The notes under the pieces are model-generated. The model did no database searches and had not been told where the DNA came from. It saw only the letters and a list, made by a program, of their open reading frames with translations. Source: Eledone cirrhosa (taxonomy: Eukaryota). Taken from it: a DNA stretch of 64,000 nucleotides. Of this stretch, positions 1-12,730 are shown one piece after another; position 1 is the stretch's first letter; each line of letters opens with the position of its first letter. The translations under genes and the position numbers were made by a program. Where the stretch lies: the NCBI GenBank assembly GCA_964016885.1, contig OZ024747.1, forward strand, positions 2,542,001-2,606,000, given 5' to 3'.

Positions 1-436
1 TTAATAAGAAACTGAACATAAATAACTATCTTAATTTTGCAGATATTGAACAGTCATAATCTTGTTCCTTGTATTGTTTAATCAGGGAAGGAAGGACAGT
101 GTCCATGAACCTTTCCAGGACTTCTGAGACTGCTGGGTAAATGGTATCTTAAACCAACAATTTGGCCCAAATGCTTGTCATAGAGTGGGCTCCACCCAAT
201 GACCAGGTGGTAGTGCTAAAATGGCAATCAATAAAATCTACTAGAAAAGTGAGCCACAGCATGATTTGAACTCAGAATTAAAAGAGGTTGACCAAATAAC
301 TCAAGGAATCTAGTCTGGTGCTTCAGCAATTTTACCAATCCACTCTGGACTGGTACTTTATTTTATCAACCCTAAAAGGATGAAAGGCAAAGTTGACATT
401 TGAGTGCAGAAAGTCTTATCAATTTATAATTAATAA

Positions 437-667
437 GCTAGGGTAAATTAACAAAAGTAATTCAATTTCAATTAGAATTTAGCTATATATTTTTAAAAAT
501 TAATTCTTTTCAAATTCATTTTCAATTCCTTAAATCATCAAATTATTAAGAACAAAATAATTTGGTGATTTAAAGAATTGAAAATGAATTTGAAAAGAAT
601 TAGTTAAAAAAAAATATATAGCTAAATTCTAATTGAAATTGAATTACTTCTGTTAATTTACCCTAGC
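437..667. repeat. Long AT-rich inverted repeat (~110-bp arms, ~9-bp spacer)
   Basis: gctagggtaaattaac...aaattatt (437-547) is the near reverse complement of aataatttgg...gttaatttaccctagc (557-667), with scattered mismatches. Confidence 0.85.
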
Positions 668-1143
668 AATATAGATAATAGGTTTTCAGGTATACCATAC
701 AATATGGAAATGACAAATATCAAAGGTATCTCTAATTCCTAGTTATATACTTAAATTCCTGAATTTTAATCTATTCTTTAGAATTATGATTTACTTCCAA
801 ATAGATGAATATAGAAATATACAATCTTTTGAAGTTCTCTCATATATTGCATGAAGAGGAAAAAAACTGAGAATAAGGCATAACTTCAACATTAAATTAC
901 AAAGAAACATTGAAAGAATAATGTGTAATAAAATACTTCTATCTCATGAATATCCTGTATTCTTTAAAACTGATGGAACTGAAATCTTTTGACTTCATTT
1001 TGCCACAGAAGTTCACTGTTTATATGGAAATTTACTTAATAATAATAATGTATTAGTTTAGTTGCTAAAACATGCTTTTACTCATGAGACTTGAAATTAT
1101 AGATATTTCAGTGAATATTTAACATTGGTTTGACTATATAAGT

Positions 1144-1323
1144 GTTTCTACTTTTGGCACAAGGCCAGCAATTACCCAGAGTATTACTGGTACTTTATTT
1201 TATCTACCCCATAAGGATGAAAGGCAAAGTTAACCTCGGTGGGATTTGAACTGGAAAGGGCCGTAACTCTATGCGTCAAAGCATGGTGTCTGACCCTCTA
1301 CCGATACTGCCAATCCACCGCCC
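1144..1323 (-). mobile_element. tRNA-derived SINE, family A
   Basis: Reverse complement of the ggcagtatcggtagagggtcggac...gttcaaatcc...gaggttaactttgcctttcatcc...aaataaagtaccag unit repeated >10 times in the window. Confidence 0.85.
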
Positions 1324-1347
1324 TCTGGCTATATAATAAAAATAATA

Positions 1348-1590
1348 ATGGTTTCTGATTTAGGCACAAGGCCAGCAATTTGAAGGGAAGGGGAAAATTG
1401 ATTGAATTGACCCCAAATGTGTTACATATAGTTACATCCCTTTATGTTCAAAGTTCAAATCCCACCAAGGTTAGCTTTGCCTTTCATTCTTACAGGGTCA
1501 ATAGAATAAGTACCAGTAATGCACTGGGGTCGATTTAATCGACTTCTCCTCTCCACAAAATTGTTGGCTCAGGACCTAAAATCAGAAACC
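1348..1590. mobile_element. SINE A fragments: inverted 3' tail (-, 1348-1413) plus truncated body (+, 1430-1590)
   Basis: Matches to SINE A core and tail in opposite orientations. Confidence 0.7.
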
Positions 1591-1591
1591 A

Positions 1592-1800
1592 GGGCAGTGG
1601 ATTGGCAGTATCGGTAGAGGGTCGGACACCATGCTCTGCGGCATAGAGTTACAGCCCTTTATGATCTGAGTTCAAATCCCGCCGAGGTTAACTTTGCCTT
1701 TCATCTTTACGGGGTCGATAAAATAAAGTACCAGTCACACACTGGGGTCGATTTAATCGACTTTCCCCTCCCCCCAAAAATTGCTGAAACCATTATTATT
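1592..1800 (+). mobile_element. tRNA-derived SINE A, near full length
   Basis: A-box-like tggcagtatcgg, B-box gagttcaaatcc, conserved core, ends in (ATT)n. Confidence 0.9.
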
Positions 1801-3256
1801 ATAAGAAACCATTATTATTATTATTATTTGTCTCGTTTTTATTATTAAAACATCAATAATCTAAGTTAGTGTTAACATCAAAATTCTACTTAGAAATACA
1901 TATGTGGTGAGGAAAAGACATTAGGTCAATGTTTAATTTTATCTTAATCATTTTAACAAAAGAAAACTCAGGGCATGTTTTGGTATGATTCTTATGGTAA
2001 TAAGTATCACAATCATAAGACAAGTACTTTATGAATCTTTTAGAATTTGATAAAATATCATTATAGCATTGTTGAAATGTTTGAAATATTTCATATATGA
2101 AGTTGAAGTTTACCTGAATAAACAAATAAATAAATGAATGAATAAATATAAAAGTTTAGTGCAGAAATTATCTTTATTTGTGTTTTATATTTTCAGACAT
2201 CAGAATTATTGAAGAAATCACAGTTCCAGAATACAGGTAGGAGAACCTAATCATAGCCAACAATTTCTATACCTATCGTCAAATGGCTATGACATCATCC
2301 CTTTCTTTCCAGAAAAGCATAAACAAACAAATATAATAAAAGTGAAGAAAATACACAAAATAATATCCCTTGTGAATATTGTGATGAAGCAGGCGTTTGG
2401 CAGGTTTTGGGGTTAGGGGGTTAGGGTGTTATTGATCTGAAATATTGAATGTGTTTTGCTGTAATTAATAAATTACTCACCTAGAATCAATGGAAAGAGA
2501 CATCGTTCTTTTTTTTCTCAGATAGAGTAAATGTGTATCTATCTCACCTGAAAAAATACATAGGTGATTGTAGATTTGTAAGATGAGAAGAAATGAATAC
2601 ATATAGATGAAGGAATCTGTGATGGCAACCATAATGGTAATGGTGCACGTGGAACATAGCATCGATCTACATGTGACAGGTAGAATAATATATTTACAAT
2701 AACTGGTCATGTAAAAAAAGGGGCTCTTAATATGCATATATCATTAGGTGACTAAAGAGATAATGTGGTTGTAAATATTAGTGACAAGATTACTCAAGGC
2801 TTTTAAATCTGTGTTGCTAGGCAGATATTGCATCTGTGCATAATATCTATTGTTTTTATCAGAGTTATATGAAGCATACACTTCTAGATTTATCTGCCAA
2901 AAGTGTTTGAGTTTGTTGTCTGATGAAATATTGTTAGTTATTTGCTAGTTTAGTACTATAGCCAGACCAAAATAGCTTCAAGACCAAAGAAGCTGTTTCT
3001 CTGTAGAGTTTAGCTTTTTATTATAAATCAGTGTGAGCCAATAGATTCCACTGCAGGATTTCTTAGAAATCATAGAAATATCTAAAGTTTTAACGAGAAA
3101 AAATATTCTAAAAACACATCTTTTAATTCACATGAAATCTGTTGATGATGACGATGTGTCCATATTTTGGTATATGGAAAATTTCAATAAAAGAATAAAA
3201 CAAACCTATTTCAAACATTCACAGCTAGTAATCAAATAATTTATATATATATATAT

Positions 3257-3326
3257 ATACCATCTATCTTCTTTTTGTATAATATATATATATATATATA
3301 TTATACAAAAAGAAGATATATGGTAT
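3257..3326. repeat. (TA)n-centred palindrome
   Basis: ataccatctatcttctttttgtataa-(TA)n-ttatacaaaaagaagatatatggtat. Confidence 0.85.
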
Positions 3327-3514
3327 CACATATACATCTTCTGTTTATTACATCATCATGTCATGCACATTTCAAAGACATCAAAGTAGTTGTGTAATAA
3401 TCATTTCATGTGTTGTCATCAGATAGGTATTAAGGTGTAATATTATTTTGTTTTTATTTTTAATATGCTTGCCATAGTATGGAACACAATGTTAGCAGTT
3501 CAGCTATAAGTGAT

Positions 3515-3517
<3 letters not shown>

Positions 3518-3600
<83 letters not shown>
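3518..3600. repeat. (CA)n(TA)n microsatellite
   Basis: Direct reading. Confidence 0.95.
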
Positions 3601-3603
<3 letters not shown>

Positions 3604-3992
3604 TCACAAACAAAGCATCCAAACCTGTCCAACCCTGCCCTGCAAATTGACAAATTAGCTCATACACTCATGAACTAAAAACAATCAACAAACATTCAGT
3701 TCAAATGACAATCAAACTAACAACCAAATTGTTTATATTATTTTGTATGTTTTACCAGAAATGATCAACAAAAGGTTGAATGTTCAGAGTGAAGAATGAC
3801 TGAGTTATATGTGTGATCTGTTTAAATTCTGTCATGAAACATAAACATCCTTTTCGTTATAATGTTCAAATCATTTTTCTAATTATATACATTAGGCCTA
3901 GAGAGGAGATGGGCTCCACTAGGTTTATAAATGCCTAAGAAGCATCGTAAGTTATTATGGTGCCCCTATGACTCCATCAGGAGTTACGGCTC

Positions 3993-4097
<105 letters not shown>

Positions 4098-4817
4098 GTA
4101 CAATTAAGAACATTTCCTCATTCCCTATAATGAACTAAAGAGGTTTGTTCTGCCTGAAACTTCCCTTGGCTCTATGATACAAATCTTTTGTTTGTATTTG
4201 TAATTCGATCACAATTTTATGTAAAAAACCTTTCTTTTGGTTATGTTGTAATAATTAGCTTGATAATAAAAAAGTTAATTTACTAAATTCTTCCAAATAT
4301 TTGATTATTTTCAAATTTAACTGAAATACATAAGCAGATAATTAATTTTAAAGTTATGACAACAAAAAGGTTAACTGCTTAAACTTGTTTGTTCAAACTC
4401 TATCAGAAGGATCTGTTTATTTGACGCAGCTTAGTTGAAAAATGAAAATAAAAAACAACGTTATTAACTGTCTCAGAAGAGTGGTTGGAGATAGACTAGC
4501 CATCCAGCTATAAAACACACAGTTAAAGGTACTTATGCCAATGTCTAAATTTGCAAACCCGTCCAGTGCTAACATGGAAAAATAGATGAACATTTTTTTA
4601 ATATAAATAAAAGCAAAATAAAATTAAAAAATGAATTTCCACTTCCTGCTAGGTAGAAGCAGATTAAAAGCACATTTAGTTATTTGACATTGACAGAGGA
4701 CCCAATTCCAAGAGGTTATCCCTATCTCAACCACATAAAGTCATTTTCTTCTTCAAATTATTCTTTTAATTTCTACTTTGTTTAGTTATTTTAATATTGT
4801 ACATTCCAGACACTTTT

Positions 4818-4897
<80 letters not shown>

Positions 4898-4911
4898 CAT
4901 ATATGTAGTGT

Positions 4912-5012
4912 GTATGGGACCTTGAGCCAATCATCTGTGAAACATGTGTAACAGGTCAATACACAATAAAAAACTAAATACATGTAAACGAAACTTCATC
5001 GTTTTTCTCTAT
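4912..5012 (+). mobile_element. Probable Penelope-like pLTR 3' fragment between (TA)n tracts, with a hammerhead 3' half
   Basis: ccttgagccaatcatctgtgaaac resembles the minus-strand cctgagccactcatctgtggaac at ~28.86 kb; GAAA-catgtg-TA followed by AATAAA. Confidence 0.45.
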
Positions 5013-5457
5013 ATGTGTATATATATATATATATATACTTTACTTTCTGTACATACATTTATATACATATCAATTCTTCATTGAATCTATCATACTGTCT
5101 GTAAAAGTTTTCATGTATTTCGTCAGTTTGTAATGCTAGTGTTGTATTTAAAAATTTGTTTCCAATTTTTTGGTTGAAATTTCAAGTTTGTACATTTGCA
5201 TATTTATAAATGTTCCTGTACAGTAAAAATTGCACAAAATGTATCTATATTTGCTATGCAGTATCTCTCCTATGTACAGTTACATAGAGCCATTATACAA
5301 GTTTAGATATGGAAGAAATTATTTCCAGAAAAATTATTCATTAAAATAAAATTTTGAGAAATAATACTTTTTTTAAATTTATTTCATTTATTTATTTGTG
5401 CTCTTGGCACATACAGAGATGAAAGAATAATTGGTCATCTTTATATTTGTTTGTTTT

Positions 5458-5460
<3 letters not shown>

Positions 5461-5534
<74 letters not shown>

Positions 5535-5582
5535 TCTCTCTCCCTCTCTCTCTCTCACTCTCTCTCCTCTCTCTCTCTCTCT
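5461..5582. repeat. (TC)n microsatellite
   Basis: Direct reading; source of the ERERER ORFs. Confidence 0.95.
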
Positions 5583-6290
5583 GATAAATTCTGAAAAAAT
5601 AATCAAGTAAGTCTTCTTGTTCAGAGAACAAAATCTGAAGAGATCTATTAAACATTATTAATGTGTTTTTTTATTCATAACCTGGTTACTTTTTCTAAAA
5701 CCTTGAAGATCTGTTAAACCCCACTGTGAACAGATATAGTTTTAAGATGCCCAGTCCATTCTAGCATGGAAAATTGAAATTAAAATAATGAGGAGAGTGG
5801 TGGCTGTGGTGATGAAATTCATTGAATCTGCTTAATTTTCTCAGAGCAAATACATTTTTACTATTTAGTTAGGAAGGGAAGGTCAGTGTGAGTGATCTCT
5901 TCTCAGTGACTCTAAAACGTTACCCCCAAACTGGAGACATGGCTCAAATATTTCTAACAGAGTGAACTCTACTAAAGCCAGGTGGTGATGTTAAACTTGG
6001 TGACAAATTAAGTCTACCACCAATGACTGGTTTTTTAACCTTAAATTCCACCTACAATCATTATATTTTTACAATTAACAGGACAAAATAATTGTGTTTA
6101 ATTTTAACATAAGGACAGCAATTTGTAGGGGCAAAGGAGAAAGTCGATTAAGTACTAGTATTCTATTTTATGGACCTTGGAAGGATGAAAGGTGAAGTTG
6201 ACTTCTGCCTGATTTGAACTCAGGAAGTAGAGAGCTGTAACGAAGCTGTGTCTGATTCTACCAATTGACTGTTCTTATAGGAAAAATAAA

Positions 6291-6492
6291 GGTTTCAGAT
6301 TTAGGCACAAGGCCAACAATTTAGAAGAGGGAAGTTGATTAAATCGACCCCAGTCCGTTGCTGGTACTTTATGTTATCGACTTCGAAATGATGAAAGGCA
6401 AAGCTAACCTCGGCAGGAAATGAACTCAGAACTTACAGAGACATAACTACATACCGCTAAGCATGTTATCCGACGCTCTACCGATACTGCCC
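6291..6492 (-). mobile_element. SINE A
   Basis: Reverse complement of SINE A; an older degenerate copy lies at ~6110-6270. Confidence 0.8.
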
Positions 6493-6714
6493 TTCAGGAA
6501 ATATAACAAGCCACATTATAGATGTTCAATAAAAAATAGTAAGTATGAAACTTAAAAGAAGTCATATTTTAAGAAATAATTACTTCAAAATAATTCAACT
6601 ATCAATAGTTATGTTCAAGGAAGTTAACATGTTAAATAAAGTATTATTGCACAGTGTTTTGTAAATGTAAACCTTAGACAAATAAGTAACTTATTCTGTA
6701 TTGAATCCTCTCTA

Positions 6715-7130
6715 TCATCATCATCATCATCATCGTTTAATGTCCATCTTCCATGCTTGCATTGGTTTGGACGGGAATTTTCCCACTTGAGGCAAGATTG
6801 GTTGTCTTGCTCGTATAGGACTGTCTGGCGGGTTTTCTACGGTTGGATGCCCTTCCTAACACCAACCACGTTTACAGTGTGGACTGGGAGGTTTTTACTG
6901 TGTTACCTACACGGCCACATTACAGCGTGGACTGTGTGTTTTTTTGTCGTGACACCTACACGACCTCATTTATTTAGGACTGGATGTTGTGGTACCAACA
7001 TAACTTTACATCGAAAGTGTGGTGTGGTGTGGGTGGGGGTAGTGGGACGGGGGTGTATTTTGTTAAGGGGTGCCTACTGACTGTAGGTTTCGCTTTGTAC
7101 TTAGGCAAGGCGGGTCTTCTGTATTACTGT
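6715..7130 (-). mobile_element. RTE-type LINE 3' end (3' UTR with (GAT)n tail)
   Basis: Near-identical to the 3' ends attached to RT-coding copies at 10.7, 33.4 and 58 kb (ggatgcccttcctaacaccaacc motif). Confidence 0.85.
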
Positions 7131-7469
7131 ATTAATTCTCTATATCAGTGTCATTATAGTTTTATTGATACAACATTATAATATCAGAGGGAAATAACAT
7201 TTTTGAAAGATAAATGCTGTTTCCTTAATAAATTATATTTATTAGATCAACAACTTTTTATATTGAAAACTACTTGGAGGAAACTAAACATTAAAATACT
7301 TGACTCTTGACACAAGTATATGTCTCATATTTGTTGTCTGGAACACGTTTATAGTAACCTAACAACCTGAAATATATCCTACATCCTGTATATATCATAC
7401 TTTGTGTATATATATTATACATTGTGTATATATATTATACATTGTGTATATATATTATACATATATATT

Positions 7470-7625
7470 GGGTGGTTGATTGGCAGTATCGGTAGAGGGT
7501 CGGATGCCATTCTCAGTTCAAATCCCGAGGTTAACTTTGCCTTTCATCCCTACGGGGTCGATAAAATAAAGTACCAGTAATGCACTGGGTAATTGCTGAC
7601 CTTGTGCCAAAAGTAGAAACAATTA
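7470..7625 (+). mobile_element. SINE A with internal deletion, inserted in a 20-bp tandem repeat (attgtgtatatatattatac)
   Basis: SINE A head, core and tail; the 20-mer occurs on both sides. Confidence 0.8.
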
Positions 7626-7672
7626 TGTATATATATTATACATTGTGTATATATCATAATATATTTACAGAA

Positions 7673-8016
7673 ATGCATTTGTAAGTTTTATATTGAATAA
7701 TAATAATATAATAATATTTGATTCATTTGCAAACAGTTTCATTAGTCTATGTGTTTTAGATGACCACCGCCATCCTTTTGTTCCAGGGGTGGCAGAGAGA
7801 ACAAAAGGATGGTGATGGTCGTCTAAAAAACAGCGTAATGAGGCTGTTTGCTTGCAAATGAAACAAATATTATAATATTATTATTAGTCATTAACTTTGC
7901 CTTTCATCCTTACGGGGTTGATAAAATAAAGTACCAGTAATGCACTGGGTAATTGCTGGCCTTGTGCTATAAGTAGAAACAATTATTATTATTCAATATA
8001 AAATTCACAAATGCAT
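7673..8016. repeat. Diverged inverted repeat (MITE-like) with a SINE A fragment (7890-7990) in the right arm
   Basis: 7673-7783 pairs with 7799-7885 plus 7991-8016; 15-bp spacer. Confidence 0.75.
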
Positions 8017-8819
8017 GTTAGAATGAAAAACTAAATTCTAATTTTGTTTTTATATAGAAACCTAACAACCAAAGACATATTAGACTACTGCCAACTTCCT
8101 TTTACAAAAGCTTTTATTCTCAGCAAATTTAAAATATAAAATCACAAAATATATTTATTCAGAAATATAACAGCAACAACAATGATTTCTTCCATTTTAC
8201 TGTGATTTTCATTTAATACAGGGATAACTCAAACAATTGGGTACATGCACAGTTTATGTCACTCTATATTTATTTTCTAACCAATCAACCTTAAATTTCA
8301 GGACATGACACATATAAAGTCTGAGACAACAACAAGACCTGAATGGTGGAGAACTTTTCTGGGATGCAGATGTGACAGAAGTTTAATCAGTTCTTAAATG
8401 CCTGCGTCTTATCTAACACTTCCATTGGGATGCTGGCACACATTTCCTTTGTCTTCTGATTTGTAAAAGACTTTGATAAGGTTTTCTTGATTACAGGTGA
8501 CTTTGACAGAATGAACAGTTAAGATGGTGCAGGCAACTCATACAGGAATATGTTGTTAGTTTTTTTATTTTTAGCTTATTGGTGTGTTTTTTTGTAGAGA
8601 CATCAATCTGGTATTATACAATACTTTTCCAGAAGATGACCATTTATATTTTGGCAATTGTATATTGACTACATTTGTTTTATGTTTAGTTGCTATATTT
8701 TTCATGGTAGCATTTGATACCATTGATGTTAACATAGTGGGGAAACAAATGCAAGAGAAGGATGATGAAGAGTTTACAGATTCCAAAGCCCATAATAAAC
8801 ATTCTGTTTCATACTTATT

Positions 8820-8898
8820 ATTGGGATCGATAAAATAAAGTCCCAGTAATGTACTGAGTAATTGCTGGCCTTGTGCCAAAAGTAGAAACAATTATTAT
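8820..8898 (+). mobile_element. SINE A 3' fragment
   Basis: tcgataaaataaagtcccag...aagtagaaacaattattatt. Confidence 0.75.
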
Positions 8899-10288
8899 TG
8901 GAGCTACAGGATATATACCAACTAACCTGGACCAAAGTATGACTGAACTTGTATTCTTGGAGAAAGAACTTAGCTACTTAATTCTTAAGCTACATGACAT
9001 TTGGAAATTTCAAATCTATAAAATGTTCTTAAGATTTAAAGGATAAATACATACATTTACTTTTATATAGTAATCCTTTTGATACAAAGTTGTTTGTTTT
9101 AAAGTACATATATTTATCTAAAACCTTCAACCACAGTTTTGTGTAAGAACCTTTATTAAGTTATATTTGAAACACCAACTTAATAATAATGAAATTATTT
9201 GAAAATCATTGGCACTATCTTTTATTAGAAAGGTTTAAGGCCTGATTCTTTTATCACTATTTTGGTAAGTACAGTGAGGACTATACTTTTCTGAAGAGTT
9301 ATAATAAGACCAGAGTTGTCCTCTATACTTATATAAATAAAATAAACAAGTATTAAATATTGCTTTCTCCTCCTCACACTATTTGATACTCGCTGTATTA
9401 AACATGTTAATACTAACTTATTATTTCTTCCCGTATGAATGGCATGCAAGAGTAATTTATACTCTGAACAATTCTATACATGGTACATTTTAATTAACTT
9501 CTATGTACTATCTTTTACCTTCTCTCTCAATATATATTTCACTCTTTTTCTCATCCTCTCTTTTCTCCATCTTTCTCTTTTTATCTTTTCTACTCTCTCT
9601 CTCTCTATCAAACACACACACACACACACACACCCATACATATACACACACACACCCGTACATATATACACACATACATACACACAGTGGAGAAAGAGGA
9701 AGACAGTAAATTATCATCATGGTTATGAGTCATAATACTTATTAATTTAAGAATAACATTACAAAATGATAAACATTCTAAGAAATTAATTTCAATCTAT
9801 TTCACAGCATATTTAGTAATTTAAATAGCAATTGAAAAGTTTCTCTTAAACACAGGATTCCAAGAGTAGCTTTGCAAGTTTAAAGAAGCAATGGTTAAAT
9901 TAAGCATAATTTTCGAGTAATTGGTTAGCTATTCAAAACAATTCACTGTGTAAATTGCAGTTAAAAATAATTTCAAACTGCTTCTCTTCACTTTAATTAT
10001 AATAAACAATTAAACAAGTTTTATAAATAAAATTACTTTATTCCAACTTCTGAAACTATTTATTGAATAAATCTGCAATTAGTGCTGGCAAAATTTGGCT
10101 GTTGTCTGATCATCAAAGTCAATATAGTATAAATTTAATTTAGATGTATAACCACTACAAAAGCCAAGTGATAAACAAACAAAAATGCAATCTGTCTTAC
10201 AGTCATGGTATCTATATAAGTTATTTGAGCCCTAAGTGATTTGACTGTCAATATGATGAAAGGGAGATATTTAATGGAAGTTGAATCA

Positions 10289-10546
10289 TTACCTACTTAT
10301 GGACGCTGCACACCAAGTCCGAACAGAGAAGAACTGAACTGCCACTGTCATTGTCTCCCTCTCTCTCCACCATGAGCAAATGGGGTCCCACGCGCCAGCT
10401 GTCCCATGGCTGTGGCGGAGAGAATTGAGAAGGTGTTTGCCCGGAGGATGGTAAGGGAGATGCGCTGGAGAGCCATTCCATTTCGCAAGGCTCACACCTG
10501 CAGCTAGTCAACTCAGAGCCTATGGTGATAAGGAGGGAGCCTTAAG
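10289..10546 (-). pseudogene. CRE-like non-LTR retrotransposon 3' relic (end of RLE domain)
   Basis: GC-rich island; minus strand reads EPCEMEWL then, after a 1-nt frameshift, QRISLTILRANTFSIL, resembling the C-terminal QRxSxAxQRGN motif of CRE-clade elements. Confidence 0.55.
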
Positions 10547-10739
10547 TTATGTCATTTGTATAAACAATTTCAAAGTAATATTAACATATTTAGTTAGATC
10601 TATTATAGCTTTGATGTCTACTGTCTTTGGTTATGTGAAACAAGTTCCTATAGTCAACATGTTCTGTATCCCATCATAGTTTAAGACAGTGTTTCTCATA
10701 GAAGCTGAGAGGATTGAAAGAAACAGTGGACAAATTATT

Positions 10740-11973
10740 ATCATCATCATCATCATCATCATCATTGTTAGCATGGGTTTGGACGGGAATTTTCCCACTT
10801 GAGGCAAGATTGGTTGTCTTTCTCATATAGGACTGTCTAGCGGGTTTTCTACGGCTGGATGCCCTTCCTAACACCAACCACGTTTACAGTGTGGACTGGG
10901 AGGTTTTTACCGTGTTACCTACACGGCCACATTACAGTGTGGACTGTGTTTTTTTGTCGTGACACCTACACGACCTCATTTATTTCGGACTGGATGTTGT
11001 GGTACCAACATAACGTATATTACTATTACACATCCAACGGAGCATGCAAGCTTCGTTCCTCTCCAGTCTGCGTATACCCTCTGCACACAATGCCCAAGGC
11101 TCACTGCCATGTAACATTGTTGTTTGTATGCAGGCATCATACAGCCTGCCTTTCATTTTTAGAGAGAAATCTTTAGCGGCCAATAGTGGTATAAGCACTC
11201 TGAACTTTTTCCATCCCGTTCTGACTCTAGCTACTGTACTTTCAGAGCACCCTCCACCACTGCTGATTTTGTCACCCAGGTAACGGAAGGTGTCCACTAT
11301 TTCTATAGAACCATCTGTGCAATGGAATGAGCTAGTATTCTGTGGGCTCTTGCTGCTACTTTTTGCACCTGAGCACCGGCCACATATAAAATCTATATTC
11401 TTAGTTAGCTTACCTGTGATCCCACTACATCTTTTATGCACCCATACTTTGCATTTGGGACATAAAATGGAGTTTCTGCCTATTCCTTTCCTACACACTG
11501 AGCATGGCCATTTCCCAGATGGGACCAGTGCCCTATTTTCCTTCCTACAAACTAGAACTTTAGTCTTAGACAGGTTAATTTTAAGGCCTTTTGATTCTAG
11601 GCCATGCTTCCATGTTTGGAATTTCTTCTCTAGTTCAGCCATTGATTCAGCTATGAGCGTTAGATCATCTGCGTATAGGAGTTCCCATGGGCAGCCGGTC
11701 TTGAACTCCTCTGTTATAGCCTGAAGGGCAATAATAAATAGGAGGGGGCTAAGGACTGAGCCCTGATGAACACCAACTTTTATGCTAAACTCTTCACTAT
11801 ATTCGTTGTTAATTCTAACCTTGCTGACTGTTTCTTTATACATGGCCTGTATACCTCTCACAAGCCATTCATCTACACCTAGTTTTCTAAAAGCCCACCA
11901 GATAATGGAGCAGGGGACTCTGTCAAAGGTTTTTTCCAGGTCTACAAAAGCTAAGTTGAGGGGTTTACTTTTT
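10740..11973 (-). mobile_element. 5'-truncated RTE-type LINE (RT fragment, ORF 10980-11861), internally deleted near 11012
   Basis: [24 protein letters not shown] motifs; [13 protein letters not shown] upstream; (GAT)n tail. Confidence 0.92.
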
Positions 11974-12059
11974 ATTAAATAAAATATTAAATAAAATGAA
12001 GATGGTTTTTATAACCATAATTCTATTATAAAATAATTCATTATCCTTATTCTAAATCT

Positions 12060-12330
12060 GTTATTCCATTCTTGCATAGATTGGACAGATCTTTTCCAGT
12101 ACAGCTTGCTTGCGCTAGTTATGTTTCTTCACCATCTCCTCCATAAATTTCAATGATTTGAGATCAGTTACAAGCAATTCTTCACAGGTCTTCTGCTGTC
12201 TTCCTCTTCTAAAGCTTCTCTTCATTAGAAACTCTTGGCTTTCTTCACCTAACAATCATTGCCTATCATATGTCCATACCAGTGCAACCTCCTCTCTTGC
12301 ACACTACATCTAATTTCTCTTATACTCAGC
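12060..12330 (-). mobile_element. Degenerate RTE-type LINE 3' fragment, another subfamily
   Basis: Minus strand VQERRLHWYGHM at ~12268-12303. Confidence 0.6.
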
Positions 12331-12730
12331 TGGTAGTAGTAGTAGTAGTGGTAGTGGTAGTTGTAGTGGTAGTTGTAGTGGTAGTGATAGTGGTAGTTAT
12401 AGTGGTAGTTGTAGTGATAGTGGTAGTGGTAGTGGTAGTTGTAGTTGTAGTGGTAGTGGTAGTTTATGTCATAAAATGAGAAGTTTAAAAGAGTGCAATT
12501 TTATTTTCACAAATCAATTATTGTTCCTTTTCCACCATTGTATCTTCTTCCATATCCTTCTCTTTATCATCATCTTCATTGTCATCGTCACATCATTGTC
12601 ATCTTCCTTCCCATAATCATCACCACCACTATCATCATCATCATCATCATCATTGTCATCTTCAATGTCATCTTCCTTCTTCCTATCACCAACACCACCA
12701 TCATCACCATCATCAAGGTTATCATCATTA
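12331..12730. repeat. Degenerate trinucleotide tracts, (GTA/GTG)n then (CAT)n
   Basis: Direct reading. Confidence 0.85.

Noticed and set aside
4130-4170. Hammerhead-like ctaaagagg...cctgaaac beside (TA)n
   Set aside because: Core mutated and no convincing stem I
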